Notes: generated by a model from the letters alone, not told the origin. A DNA stretch of 64,000 nucleotides from an uncultured Lachnospiraceae bacterium (GCA_947625775.1 CANQPM010000016.1:5963-69962), one strand, 5' to 3'; shown: positions 1 through 10,229, numbered from the stretch's first letter. Made by a program: numbers and translations.

Positions 1-7
1 TAAGGCT

Positions 8-547
8 ATGTCAAACAAGTACAGCGGCACAAAAACGGAAAAAAATCTTGAGGCGGCATTCGCGGGAGAATCACAGGCGCGCAATAAGTACACGTATTTC
101 GCGTCAGTGGCAAAAAAAGAAGGCTTCGAGCAGATATCGTCAATCTTTTTAAAGACGGCTGACAATGAAAAGGAGCACGCAAAAATGTGGCTCAAGGAGC
201 TCAAAGGCATCGGAAACACGGCTGAAAACCTTGCGGCTGCGGCAGACGGCGAAAACTACGAGTGGACAGATATGTACGAGGGGTTTGCAAAGACCGCCGA
301 GGAGGAGGGCTTTACGGAGCTTGCGGCAAAATTCAGAGCGGTAGGCGCCATCGAAAAGCACCATGAGGAGCGTTACCGCGCGCTGTTAAAGAACGTCGAG
401 ACGGCGGCAGTATTTGAAAAGAGCGAGGTTAAGGTCTGGGAGTGCAGGAATTGCGGTCACATCGTAGTAGGCACAAAAGCGCCCGAGGTATGTCCAGTAT
501 GCGCCCACCCGCAGGCGTATTTTGAGGTATGCGCGGAAAACTACTAA
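8..547 (+). CDS. rbr: rubrerythrin
   Basis: Ferritin-like diiron helices ([34 protein letters not shown]) plus C-terminal rubredoxin-type CRNCGH...CPVCAHP; ATG at 8. Confidence 0.9.
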   Translation: MSNKYSGTKTEKNLEAAFAGESQARNKYTYFASVAKKEGFEQISSIFLKTADNEKEHAKMWLKELKGIGNTAENLAAAADGENYEWTDMYEGFAKTAEEEGFTELAAKFRAVGAIEKHHEERYRALLKNVETAAVFEKSEVKVWECRNCGHIVVGTKAPEVCPVCAHPQAYFEVCAENY

Positions 548-653
548 GGATTAATGTGTATATAAGCGCTGTTTTAACTCACTAATCAGGAAACTGAAAA
601 CGACAGTAAAAAAATAAAAATCAAATTTTCCCAAAAATTTTCAGAAAAAAAGG

Positions 654-682
654 TTGACATATCATAAAAAATAAATTAATAT
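654..682 (+). promoter_or_regulatory. sigma-A type promoter candidate (TTGACA, 17 nt spacer, TAATAT)
   Basis: TTGACA at 654-659, exact 17-nt spacer, TAATAT at 677-682, upstream of the ABC transporter operon. Confidence 0.5.
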
Positions 683-702
683 GTATGATGTCAAGGGACA
701 AA

Positions 703-747
703 GGCGTTCCACTGTAAATCAGTGGAGCGCCATTTTTGTTTTATTTT
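703..747 (+). terminator. terminator-like hairpin plus T-tract in the ABC-operon leader, or rubrerythrin terminator
   Basis: 12-bp stem GGCGTTCCACTG/CAGTGGAGCGCC (703-714/720-731), 5-nt loop, followed by ATTTTTGTTTTATTTT. It lies between the promoter candidate and the RBS of the 769 ATG. Confidence 0.55.
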
Positions 748-768
748 GGTTTATGCCGGAGGGAAGAT

Positions 769-1491
769 ATGATTAAGCTGGAAAACATATGCAAAAATTT
801 TGGAGATTTACAGGTATTAAAAAATGTAAATCTTGAAGTCAGGGAAGGTGAAAAGCTTGTAATAATAGGACCTTCCGGTTCAGGAAAATCAACCACGGTC
901 AGGTGCATGAATTTTCTGGAAGAGCCTACGAGCGGGCACGTGTACATAAACGGCACGGAGCTTACATCTAAAAACAAGACAAAAATCATAAGAGAGTCAA
1001 TCTCAATGGTATTTCAGCAGTTTAATCTTTACCCGCATATGACCGTGCTGAAAAACCTCACAATAGCGCCGATAAAGCTTCACCACAAGAGCAAAAAGGA
1101 GGCTGAGGAGCTTGCGTACCACTACCTTGATGTCGTAGGGTTAAGGGACAAGGCGCACGTATATCCGTCAACTTTGTCGGGCGGGCAGCAACAGAGAATA
1201 GCCATAGCAAGAGCGCTTTGCGCACAAACAAAAATAATCCTGTTTGACGAGCCCACATCGGCGCTTGATCCAGAAACAATACAGGAAGTGCTTGATGTCA
1301 TGATAAAGCTTGCAAAGGAAAATATCACCATGGTGGTGGTAACGCACGAGATGGGCTTTGCAAGACAGGTAGCGGACAGGGTAGTGTTTATGGCGGACGG
1401 ACAGATAATAGAGGAAGGCACGCCAGAGCACTTTTTTACAAATCCTGAAAGCGAGCGCGTAAAGCAGTTCCTTGGCAAAATCATAAGATAA
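769..1491 (+). CDS. polar amino-acid ABC transporter ATP-binding protein (GlnQ-like)
   Basis: Walker [13 protein letters not shown] signature [15 protein letters not shown], Walker [12 protein letters not shown]. Start placed at ATG 769 after a GGAGGG RBS rather than the ORF-track start 736. Confidence 0.9.
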   Translation: MIKLENICKNFGDLQVLKNVNLEVREGEKLVIIGPSGSGKSTTVRCMNFLEEPTSGHVYINGTELTSKNKTKIIRESISMVFQQFNLYPHMTVLKNLTIAPIKLHHKSKKEAEELAYHYLDVVGLRDKAHVYPSTLSGGQQQRIAIARALCAQTKIILFDEPTSALDPETIQEVLDVMIKLAKENITMVVVTHEMGFARQVADRVVFMADGQIIEEGTPEHFFTNPESERVKQFLGKIIR

Positions 1492-1644
1492 AACAACAAT
1501 ATGTTATCATTGTCCAAGCGTGACAGCATAGGACGGCACGCGGGGACGTTGATATAAAAACAATCCACAGCCGCGCCGAGCCATGGATTGCAAAAAGAGG
1601 ACAAAACGGCGCAAAAACAGCATAATAGAATGGAGGAGTTTGTT

Positions 1645-2598
1645 ATGAGAAAACTATCAAAATTTGCAGCCGCAGTGATGACAGCGGCAATGTCGGCAAT
1701 GCTGCTTACAGGGTGCGGCGGTTCTGCCGAAACCTCGTCAGGCGCGGATGCGCAGACAACGCCCGCAGCCGATGCCGCAGCCACACAGGAGAGCGCAGCT
1801 TCAGGCGAAACGGCAGCGGCAGAGGCAACAGCAGCCACAGGAGAGTACGGCGAAGATGTTCAGGCTATCATTGACAGGGGAGTATTGCGCGTAGGCGTCA
1901 AAAACGCGGTAGTGGGCTTTGGCTTTCAGGACACAGTGACAGGCGAATACTCTGGTATGGAGATTTCCATTGCGGAAAAAATAGCCGAAAGCCTCGGCGT
2001 TGACATAGAATTTACCACAGTTACCGCAGCCACAAGGACAGAGCTGCTTGACTCAGGCGATATAGACTGTGTGCTTGCGACCTTCACAATCACTGACGAG
2101 AGAAAGGAAAGCTGGGATTTCTCTACGCCGTATTACACGGACTATGTATCAGTGCTTGTTGAAAATTCAAGCGGCATCACATCACTTGCGGACTTGGTAG
2201 ACAAAAAGGTAGGCGTTTCCTCAGGCTCTACATCGGCGCGCTCGCTTACAAGCGCAATGATTGACGCGGGACTGATTTCAGGCGACGGCTTTGACGCGGA
2301 AACATTTGACGCGGCGCTTTGGAATGAGGGCGTGTCCTTCCAGCAGTACGACGATTATCCCGCGATATCCACAGCGCTCAGCGCAGGCGAAATTGACGCG
2401 TTTTGCGTAGATAAGTCTATCCTTGCGATTTACAATACGGACGGGCGTTCATATATTGAGGAGCAGTTCTCGCCACAGGAGTACGGCGTTGCCACTACAA
2501 AGGGCTCGGATTTTTCAGCATACGTTGACGGTCTTATAACAGAGTGGCTTTCAGACGGCACGATTGACGGCTTTATAGCTGAAAACAACCTGCAGTAA
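1645..2598 (+). CDS. amino-acid ABC transporter substrate-binding lipoprotein
   Basis: Signal peptide with lipobox LLTG|C, Ala/Thr-rich linker, then a family-3 solute-binding-like body. Start placed at ATG 1645 after GGAGG. Confidence 0.8.
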   Translation: MRKLSKFAAAVMTAAMSAMLLTGCGGSAETSSGADAQTTPAADAAATQESAASGETAAAEATAATGEYGEDVQAIIDRGVLRVGVKNAVVGFGFQDTVTGEYSGMEISIAEKIAESLGVDIEFTTVTAATRTELLDSGDIDCVLATFTITDERKESWDFSTPYYTDYVSVLVENSSGITSLADLVDKKVGVSSGSTSARSLTSAMIDAGLISGDGFDAETFDAALWNEGVSFQQYDDYPAISTALSAGEIDAFCVDKSILAIYNTDGRSYIEEQFSPQEYGVATTKGSDFSAYVDGLITEWLSDGTIDGFIAENNLQ

Positions 2599-2632
2599 GA
2601 GATAAAAAACACTAAAAACAGGAGGCGCGGCT

Positions 2633-3328
2633 ATGTCAGGAATTTTATCGTTGAGGGCGTGGGGAAAGGTGTGGAGCTACAGGACCACCTTCGCGCTTGG
2701 ACTGTTCAATACGGTCAGGACGGCAGTGTTTGCCATACTGATAGCGCTGGTATTAGGCATAATATTCGGGCTGATGGCGACAAGCGGAAAGAAGATACTC
2801 AGGGCAGTAAGCCGCGTCTATGTCGAGGTGATACAAAACACGCCGATTTTGCTTCAAACCTGCTTTCTGTACTATGCGCTGGCATTTTCAAACCACAGCA
2901 TAGGCATAATAATGACAGGCATTATAGCGCTTGGCGTTTACACGGGCGCGTATATGGCGGAGGTTATACGCGCAGGAATAGAGGCAATCCCCAAGGGGCA
3001 GTTTGAGGCGGCAGCGGCGCAGGGCTTTAACTATATTGAAAAGATGTATTATATCATACTTCCGCAAAGCATCAAGATAATTTTGCCCCCGATGGTAAAT
3101 CAGGTGGTAAACCTTATCAAAAACACGTCATGCCTGTACATAATCGGCGGCGCGGACTTGATTTCACTGACCTACAGCTTTGTCACGGGAGAAAATACAG
3201 GCGGCGCGTATGCCCCCGCGTACCTGATAAGCGGATTTTTGTTTTTTATCATATGTTATCCGCTTTCGCGCACGGCAAGCGCTTGGGAGATATCATTAAA
3301 GCAGAGGGAGGCGAGGTTAAATGACTAA
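2633..3328 (+). CDS. amino-acid ABC transporter permease
   Basis: Multi-pass membrane protein with an EAA loop (GQFEAAAAQGFNYIEKMYYIILPQS), adjacent to the ATPase and binding-protein genes. Confidence 0.85.
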   Translation: MSGILSLRAWGKVWSYRTTFALGLFNTVRTAVFAILIALVLGIIFGLMATSGKKILRAVSRVYVEVIQNTPILLQTCFLYYALAFSNHSIGIIMTGIIALGVYTGAYMAEVIRAGIEAIPKGQFEAAAAQGFNYIEKMYYIILPQSIKIILPPMVNQVVNLIKNTSCLYIIGGADLISLTYSFVTGENTGGAYAPAYLISGFLFFIICYPLSRTASAWEISLKQREARLND

Positions 3329-4076
3329 CGTAGAGGCAAGCCTTTCCATGCTGAAAAACGCTAACATTCTGCTCTATATCGGAAAAGGCGTACTGTTTAC
3401 AATGATAATATCCGTAATCGCGGTATTGAGCGGCATAATAATAGGTTCAGTGTTGGCGCTGGTGAGAAACTACTGTACAAAAGGCGTTGTGCCGCGGATA
3501 TTCCACACGCTTTCAGTTATTTATATAGAAGTGTTCAGGAATACGCCGCTTTTGCTCTGGATATTCATATGCCTTGTATTCTGTCCGTGTCCCTCGCTCT
3601 TTTCAAGGAAGCTGTTTGGACTCACAAGCGTGGAGACAAAGCTTTTGTTTAAGGCGTCGGTGGCGCTCATTCTCTTTACCTCGTCAGTAGTGGCGGAGAT
3701 AATAAGAGGCGGACTGAACGGCATAGCCAAGGGACAGTTTGAGGCGGCGCATGCGCAGGGCTTTAACATTGTGCAGACCTTTATATACGTAATTCTGCCG
3801 CAGGCGTACAGGAGCGTCATGCCTACGCTCGTAAGCCAGGTGACGTCAACAATCAAGGACTCGTCGTATCTTGCGAATGTGGCGGTAATCGAGCTTATGT
3901 CAAGGGTAAAGCAGATTTTGAGCTCTGCAAACCGATATAACGGCACTGGAAACATAAACGTATCTGACGTATTTGTATTGTTTGGATTTGCGGCGCTGAT
4001 ATATTTTGCCATAAACTACACGCTTTCCTGCATAGTACGCAGAATGCAGAAACGAAGAAGAAAAGTAAAGGCATAG
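3321..4076 (+). CDS. amino-acid ABC transporter permease
   Basis: Second permease with an EAA loop (GQFEAAHAQGFNIVQTFIYVILPQA). It overlaps the previous gene by 8 nt. Confidence 0.85.
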   Translation: MTNVEASLSMLKNANILLYIGKGVLFTMIISVIAVLSGIIIGSVLALVRNYCTKGVVPRIFHTLSVIYIEVFRNTPLLLWIFICLVFCPCPSLFSRKLFGLTSVETKLLFKASVALILFTSSVVAEIIRGGLNGIAKGQFEAAHAQGFNIVQTFIYVILPQAYRSVMPTLVSQVTSTIKDSSYLANVAVIELMSRVKQILSSANRYNGTGNINVSDVFVLFGFAALIYFAINYTLSCIVRRMQKRRRKVKA

Positions 4077-4147
4077 GAATGTTTATAAAGCTTGTGTATG
4101 CGTTGCGCGCACAAGCTTTAATATACTAAAGGCGCAGCGCAGAAACG

Positions 4148-4756
4148 GTGGAAAAAATGGAGCAGTACGTAATAACGATATCAAGACAGTTTGGGAGCAT
4201 GGGGCGCTCGATAGCCCATAAGCTCTCGGAAATGCTGGAAATAGAATTTCTTGACAGGGATATAGTTGAGGCGACGGCAAAGCGGATGGGGCTTCCCGTG
4301 TCCGTGATAAGCGAGCAGGAGGAAAGCAGCAAACTAAAATTTTTCCCGCGTATGTACCCGCTCGGAATAGGCATACCCAACCTAAAGGACGAGATATTTA
4401 ATGTGCAGAAAAATATAATCATGGATTTCGCCTCAAAGGAATCCTGCATTATCGTGGGCAGGTGCGCGGACAGCATATTGTGTGAGACAAAAAATCTTCT
4501 GAGCGTGTATATTTACGCCCCATATGAGGCGCGTCTTAAAAACTGCACGGATATTCTGCAGATGGATTTAAAGACCGCCAAGAGAATGATTAGGGAAGTG
4601 GACGCGGCGCGGGAAAATTACCACAGGACATATTGCCCCGACTGGACAGGACCGTTTGACTACAAGCATATTATGCTTGACAGCAGCCGCTTTGGCATTG
4701 ACGGCACAGCGAAAATCATAGCGGACATAGCAAGGGAAAAGTGGTGTAAGTCTTGA
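4148..4756 (+). CDS. cytidylate kinase-like family protein
   Basis: N-terminal ITISRQFGSMGRSIA nucleotide-binding-like motif and a size typical of the cytidylate-kinase-like family in Clostridia. Start is GTG 4148 or ATG 4157. Confidence 0.55.
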   Translation: MEKMEQYVITISRQFGSMGRSIAHKLSEMLEIEFLDRDIVEATAKRMGLPVSVISEQEESSKLKFFPRMYPLGIGIPNLKDEIFNVQKNIIMDFASKESCIIVGRCADSILCETKNLLSVYIYAPYEARLKNCTDILQMDLKTAKRMIREVDAARENYHRTYCPDWTGPFDYKHIMLDSSRFGIDGTAKIIADIAREKWCKS

Positions 4757-6051
4757 AAATAACAAAAACAGCGCTGCCGCGGATAGGGCAGCGCATTATA
4801 AAGTCTGCCGCGGCAGTATTTTTGTGCTTTGTAGTAGACTGGCTCAGAAACGGCGAGGGTATAGTGTTTTACTCACAGCTTGCCGCGCTCTGGTGCATGC
4901 AGGACTACATAAATGAAACAAAGAAAAAAGCATACCAGAGGACTATAGGCACGGTTGTAGGCGCACTGTACGGATTAGCCGTGCTGGTGCTTTATACTCA
5001 CATAAATATGACAGAAGTGTCAGAAAAACTTTTTGAAAGCATCACAGTATCGCTTATGATAATAGCGGTTATATATACTACTGTCCTTATAAACAAAAGG
5101 CAGGCGTCTTATTTTTCATGCGTGGTTTTTCTGAGCATTGTGATAAACCACATTACGGACGCTAATCCCTATCTGTTTGTGTGGAACCGTTTCCTCGATA
5201 CAATGATAGGCATTTTTATAGGCGTAGCCGTGAATACATTTCATCTGCCGCACGCGTTCAATAAAGACACATTTTTTATATCGGGGCTTGACGACACGCT
5301 TTTGGACAAAAACGACAATCTCTCGGCGTACAGCAGAGTGGAGCTTAATCGTATGCTTGACAGCGGCCTGCTCTTTACGATTTCCACAATGCGCACGCCC
5401 GCCTCTCTTATGGAGCCGTTAAAGGACATAAGGCTGCGTCTGCCCGTGATTGTCATGGACGGCGCGGCGCTCTATGACATAAAGGAAAAAATGTATGTGC
5501 GTTCATATGTAATTTCAAGTGATACGGCAAACAAAGTGACAGAATTTCTTAGTGAACAGGGCGTAGTGTGGTTCACAAACGTTATCATAGACGATATGCT
5601 TGTGATATATTATCAGGAAACAGACGACGAGCAGTACAATGCGCTCATAAAAACTCTGAGGCGTTCCCCGTACCGCAACTATGTAAAGCGTGAGCCGCCA
5701 AAGGACGAGGCGGTAGTGTATTTTATGCTTATAGACAAAAAAGAGCGCATAGAAACGCTCCATGCCGCTCTTGAAAAACAAAGCTTTTTTGGCAAATTAA
5801 AGGTGCTCAAATATGACTCCGAGGATTACGCGGGATATTCCTACATAAAAATATACAACCACAATGCCACAAAGCAGAATATGACGGATTATCTCGCACA
5901 GAGGCTGTCCGTGGAAAATATAGTGACCTTCGGAAGCATAGAAGGAAGATACACATACACTATAGACCGTGGGGACAGCAATCAGGTAGTGCGTCTTATT
6001 AAAAAGGAATTTGAGCCGATTAAAAAGCCTAAAAGGAATATATTTATGTAA
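4753..6051 (+). CDS. fusion protein: FUSC/aromatic-acid-exporter-like membrane domain plus HAD (Cof-type) phosphatase domain
   Basis: N-terminal ~170 aa contain several hydrophobic helices. The C-terminal part has HAD motif I (FISGLDDTLLDK) and the later VIVMDGAALYD. The TTG start overlaps the upstream stop. Confidence 0.5.
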   Translation: MKITKTALPRIGQRIIKSAAAVFLCFVVDWLRNGEGIVFYSQLAALWCMQDYINETKKKAYQRTIGTVVGALYGLAVLVLYTHINMTEVSEKLFESITVSLMIIAVIYTTVLINKRQASYFSCVVFLSIVINHITDANPYLFVWNRFLDTMIGIFIGVAVNTFHLPHAFNKDTFFISGLDDTLLDKNDNLSAYSRVELNRMLDSGLLFTISTMRTPASLMEPLKDIRLRLPVIVMDGAALYDIKEKMYVRSYVISSDTANKVTEFLSEQGVVWFTNVIIDDMLVIYYQETDDEQYNALIKTLRRSPYRNYVKREPPKDEAVVYFMLIDKKERIETLHAALEKQSFFGKLKVLKYDSEDYAGYSYIKIYNHNATKQNMTDYLAQRLSVENIVTFGSIEGRYTYTIDRGDSNQVVRLIKKEFEPIKKPKRNIFM

Positions 6052-6068
6052 CAGTCTATATATAGTCT

Positions 6069-7169
6069 CTATATAATAGTTTCTATAGAAACATTCTTTT
6101 TTGCGGAAAGCTGTATAATGCTCCTGTAGTATTGCTGGTGTATGCTGAAATCGTCGCCTTCACCTTCGGGCATATGCTCAGGCAAGTCTTCTCTGTGGGC
6201 GACAAAAATGACATTTCCGTCAATTCCTTTGCTGAGCTTTACGGGAGAACTCGTGAATAGATTCAATACATTTTCCAGAAAAACCAGCAGATATTTGAGC
6301 TCATATTTGTGCAGACCGCTGTTTTCAAAATATCTGACTGCAGACAAGGGGCAGGGGCATGAGTGGGGATTGGACACGCTTATTGCGTTGGCAAGGCTGT
6401 TTGCGATAGCGACAATGCGCGCGAACTTGTCTATCTCGTCGCCCTTTAAGCCGTATGGATAGCCGCTCCCGTCAAATTTCTCATGGTGCATGAGCGCGGC
6501 GTTTTGTACGGATTTGGGTATGCCTTTGTATCTGCCGAGCAGATGAAAGCCTTCGATAGTATGTGTTTTCGCAATTTCAAACTCCCTTGACGTAAGCCGC
6601 TTTAGCTTGCCGCTTGATATTGAGGGCGGCAGCATAATCTTTCCGATGTCGTGGAAAAGCCCACATTCGGCGGCAAGAAGCTTATCGTCTTCTGACATTT
6701 TAAGCCAGTCGGCAAGCACATAAGAAATGACCGCGACGTTCGTACAGTGGGCATAAACTGAAAAAGTCAGCCCGCGTGTATTGAGAAGACTGATAAGGAG
6801 ACCGCCTGTGCCGCTTTCAATGCTGATAAGATCCGTGAAGCTTTTCATAATCTCTTTTTCATGGATTGGCTCGTTTCTGTACGGGGTGTTTTTAAAGTTT
6901 TCCTGAAAATATTCGCAAAACCTGTTAAACTCGCGAGAGAACTGCGCCGCAGCGTTTGAAACGGCAGACGTAAAGGCTATAGGGCGGATAAGGCTGTCAG
7001 CCATTTTGTCCTCAATGGAAACGCGATATACTGAGTAGCCGTCAAGCCTTGTTATTATATTGTCGGTAAGCACGACTCCCCTTGGGATAAGCACCCTGGA
7101 ATCATAGGTTAAAATGTCCTCAGCCGTCACCATACCTGATTTTAAATCTGAGACAGGCAACTGTTTCAT
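6069..7169 (-). CDS. HD-GYP domain phosphodiesterase
   Basis: HDIGKIMLP and HHEKFDGSGYPYGLKG signatures; AGGGGGA RBS upstream of the ATG. Confidence 0.8.
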   Translation of the reverse strand: MKQLPVSDLKSGMVTAEDILTYDSRVLIPRGVVLTDNIITRLDGYSVYRVSIEDKMADSLIRPIAFTSAVSNAAAQFSREFNRFCEYFQENFKNTPYRNEPIHEKEIMKSFTDLISIESGTGGLLISLLNTRGLTFSVYAHCTNVAVISYVLADWLKMSEDDKLLAAECGLFHDIGKIMLPPSISSGKLKRLTSREFEIAKTHTIEGFHLLGRYKGIPKSVQNAALMHHEKFDGSGYPYGLKGDEIDKFARIVAIANSLANAISVSNPHSCPCPLSAVRYFENSGLHKYELKYLLVFLENVLNLFTSSPVKLSKGIDGNVIFVAHREDLPEHMPEGEGDDFSIHQQYYRSIIQLSAKKNVSIETII

Positions 7170-7460
7170 TGGTATTCCCCCTTTAATTATCTATTTTAGA
7201 CCTTTGACAATAAAATGTCAAATTCGTTTTTGTGAAAATTGCCGATTTTTTGGCGGAAAATATTATTAAAAATAATTAGTAATAATATATAAAGCTGTGG
7301 TATAATTTTTATGCAATTAATTATAAAAAACGATGGGAAAATCAGACAATAAAAAGCGTCTGCCAAAGAAACCAAGACTTTGCGGCAGCCTGCAGGCAAG
7401 GCAGGCGCTGTCGGCATAAGCCTGATGCGTATAGCAGGCGGCGCAGAAATGGAGTGGGAT

Positions 7461-8072
7461 ATGAAAAAATACACAAAAATACATAAGCTTTCCGACAACC
7501 GTTTTCTTAATTTATTCAAGCTTGACGCGCTCACCGATTCGGGCAGACAGTTTGACTACTTTTTTGTATCAAGGAGAAAGCCACACCAGATAAAGCTCCT
7601 TACGGGCGACATATCGGCGGAAGGGGTAGTTATATACCCTGTTTTAAAGGACGAGCCTGAAAAGATAATAATGATACGCCAGTATAGGTATCCGCTCGGC
7701 GATTATCTCTATGAGCTGCCCGCGGGGCTTATCGACGAGGGGGAGACGCCCGAAATAGCCGCCGTGCGTGAGATGAAGGAGGAGACAGGGCTTGATTTTG
7801 AAGTGTATAACGGCGGAAACAGTGCCCTTCGCCGCCCGTTTTTTATGGGCGCGGGATTCACTGATGAGAGCTGCAATGCCGTGTTTGGTTATGCGGGCGG
7901 TAAGATAAGCCGTGAGGATATGGAGGACACGGAAACGATACAGGTACTTATAGTGGACAAGGCGGAAGCGGCAAGAATATTAAGGGAGGAAAAGGTGTCG
8001 CTGCGCGCCGCGTACCTTTTGATGAATTTTATACATTCAAATGCTGATAATCCATTTGGATTTTTGGATTGA
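7461..8072 (+). CDS. NUDIX hydrolase (ADP-ribose pyrophosphatase-like)
   Basis: Nudix box GLIDEGETPEIAAVREMKEETG; start placed at ATG 7461 (MKKYTKIHKL). Confidence 0.85.
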   Translation: MKKYTKIHKLSDNRFLNLFKLDALTDSGRQFDYFFVSRRKPHQIKLLTGDISAEGVVIYPVLKDEPEKIIMIRQYRYPLGDYLYELPAGLIDEGETPEIAAVREMKEETGLDFEVYNGGNSALRRPFFMGAGFTDESCNAVFGYAGGKISREDMEDTETIQVLIVDKAEAARILREEKVSLRAAYLLMNFIHSNADNPFGFLD

Positions 8073-8150
8073 GATTTTGCATTTACAAAATTATCATATT
8101 ATGCTAAATTTAAACATAGTGAATATTTTATATGGAGAGGCGGTTGAATT

Positions 8151-10130
8151 ATGCAGAATAAAGGAAAATACTACATTACCACGGCGATAGCCTATACTTC
8201 GGGCAAGCCGCATATCGGAAATAATTATGAGATAGTCCTTGCGGACAGCATAGCGCGGTTTAAGCGAAAAGACGGCTACGACGTGTTTTTTCAGACGGGC
8301 ACTGACGAGCACGGACAGAAAATCGAGCTGAAGGCGGCAGACGCTGGTGTGACGCCGAAGGAGTTTGTTGACAGGGTTGCAGGCGTTATCAAAGGGCTTT
8401 GCGACAGGCTGAATATTTCATATGACAAATTTATCCGTACCACGGATGATTACCATGAAAAGCAGGTGCAGAAGATTTTTAAGCGCCTTTACAATCAGGG
8501 CGATATTTACAAGGGCGCGTATGAGGGGCTTTACTGTACGCCGTGTGAGTCGTTTTGGACAGAGTCGCAGCTGCGCGACGGCAGATGCCCCGATTGCGGC
8601 GGCGAGGTAAAGCCTGCCAAAGAGGAGGCGTATTTCTTCAAAATGAGCAAATACGCGGACAGGCTTATAGACCACATAAACAAACACCCCGAGTTTATCC
8701 AGCCCGTATCGCGCAAAAATGAGATGATGAACAACTTCCTTCTGCCTGGGCTGCAGGATTTGTGCGTGTCGCGCACCTCGTTTAAATGGGGCATTCCCGT
8801 GGATTTTGATGACAAGCATGTCGTTTATGTGTGGCTTGACGCGCTCACAAACTACATCACGGGCATAGGGTATGACGCGGACGGCAACAGCACTGAGCAG
8901 TACAAAAAGCTCTGGCCTGCTGACCTGCATTTGATAGGAAAGGATATAATACGCTTCCACACGATTTACTGGCCTATCTTCCTGATGGCGCTCGGCGAGG
9001 AGCTGCCGCATCAGGTATTCGGACACCCTTGGCTTTTGCAGAACAATGACAAGATGAGCAAGTCAAAGGGCAATGTAATGTACGCCGACGACCTTGCGGA
9101 CATATTCGGCGTTGACGCGGTGAGGTATTTCGTGCTGCACGAGATGCCGTTTGAAAATGACGGCTCAATCACCTGGGATTTGATGGTGGAGCGGCTAAAC
9201 TCCGACCTTGCCAACACGCTTGGAAACCTTGTGAACAGGACAATCTCAATGAGCAACAAATACTTTGGAGGCGTGGTGGAGGACAAGGGCGCAGCCGAAG
9301 CGGCAGATGAGGATTTAAAGGCTGTAGCGACAGGCGCATATGACAAAGTTGCGGCGAAGATGGCAGAGCTTAGGGTAGCAGACGCGCTTACTGAGATTTT
9401 TGCGCTTTTCAAGCGCTGCAACAAGTATATAGACGAGACAGAGCCGTGGGTACTGGCAAAGGACGAGGCGAAAAAGGACAGGCTTTCGACAGTCCTCTAC
9501 AATCTGGTGGAGAGCATTTCCATAGGCGCGGGACTTCTCGAGCCGTTCATGCCTGAGACGGCGCAGAAGATTGCGGCGCAGCTTAATTGTGATATTAGGA
9601 GCTTTGAATCGGCAAAGACCTTTGGCGAGTACAAGTCAGGAAATAAGGTGACGGATAAGCCCGAGATACTTTTTGCGCGCCTTGACCAGAAGGAGATAGA
9701 CGCAAAAGTGGAGGCGCTTGCGGCAAAGCAGATTGCCGAGGCTGGGGCAGCGTCTGGCAAGGAAAGTGAAAGCGCGGAGGGTGTTATCGACATAGAGCCG
9801 AAGGCTGAAATAGAGTATGACGATTTTGCAAAAATGCAGTTTCAGGTGGGCGAGATTATCTCATGCGAGGCAGTGCCTAAGTCAAAGAAGCTGCTCTGCA
9901 GCCAGGTGCGCGTAGGCTCGCAGGTAAAGCAGATTGTGTCTGGAATAAAGGCGCACTATACGCCCGAGGAGATGGTTGGCAAGAAGGTTATGGTGCTTGT
10001 AAACTTAAAGCCCGCCAAGCTTGCGGGAGTGCTGTCTGAGGGAATGCTTTTGTGCGCCGAGGACGCAGACGGAAACCTTGCGCTTGTGACACCTGAGAAG
10101 GATATGCCGTCAGGGGCGGAGATAGCATGA
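8151..10130 (+). CDS. metG: methionine--tRNA ligase
   Basis: Class I HIGH-type PHIGN and KMSKS motifs, zinc knuckles CTPCE/CPDCGG, C-terminal Trbp111/EMAP tRNA-binding domain. Confidence 0.95.
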   Translation: MQNKGKYYITTAIAYTSGKPHIGNNYEIVLADSIARFKRKDGYDVFFQTGTDEHGQKIELKAADAGVTPKEFVDRVAGVIKGLCDRLNISYDKFIRTTDDYHEKQVQKIFKRLYNQGDIYKGAYEGLYCTPCESFWTESQLRDGRCPDCGGEVKPAKEEAYFFKMSKYADRLIDHINKHPEFIQPVSRKNEMMNNFLLPGLQDLCVSRTSFKWGIPVDFDDKHVVYVWLDALTNYITGIGYDADGNSTEQYKKLWPADLHLIGKDIIRFHTIYWPIFLMALGEELPHQVFGHPWLLQNNDKMSKSKGNVMYADDLADIFGVDAVRYFVLHEMPFENDGSITWDLMVERLNSDLANTLGNLVNRTISMSNKYFGGVVEDKGAAEAADEDLKAVATGAYDKVAAKMAELRVADALTEIFALFKRCNKYIDETEPWVLAKDEAKKDRLSTVLYNLVESISIGAGLLEPFMPETAQKIAAQLNCDIRSFESAKTFGEYKSGNKVTDKPEILFARLDQKEIDAKVEALAAKQIAEAGAASGKESESAEGVIDIEPKAEIEYDDFAKMQFQVGEIISCEAVPKSKKLLCSQVRVGSQVKQIVSGIKAHYTPEEMVGKKVMVLVNLKPAKLAGVLSEGMLLCAEDADGNLALVTPEKDMPSGAEIA

Positions 10131-10206
10131 AAAGTAATTCTAATCACTCGTGCCAATGGGCACTCACAAGGTGCTAAAGCGCCTGAGAATTACTAATTTC
10201 ATGCCG

Positions 10207-10229
10207 AAAAACGCAAGATTAGCGTTTTT
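10207..10229 (+). terminator. intrinsic terminator of metG
   Basis: Stem AAAAACGC/GCGTTTTT (10207-10214/10222-10229) ending in a T-run. Confidence 0.6.

Noticed and set aside
1122-1838. Long ORF antisense to the ABC ATPase and binding-protein genes. Similar long antisense ORFs lie at 8418-9026, 15323-15946, 20911-21564, 24353-24913, 51242-51910 and 54589-55233.
   Set aside because: Each lies entirely opposite a gene with clear family motifs. They have low-complexity Ser/Ala/Pro/Arg-rich translations and no RBS. These are typical shadow ORFs of moderately GC-rich coding DNA.
8073-8150. A possible T-box leader upstream of metG.
   Set aside because: The intergenic region is only 78 nt, far too short for a T-box, and I could not find a specifier-loop or T-box motif.
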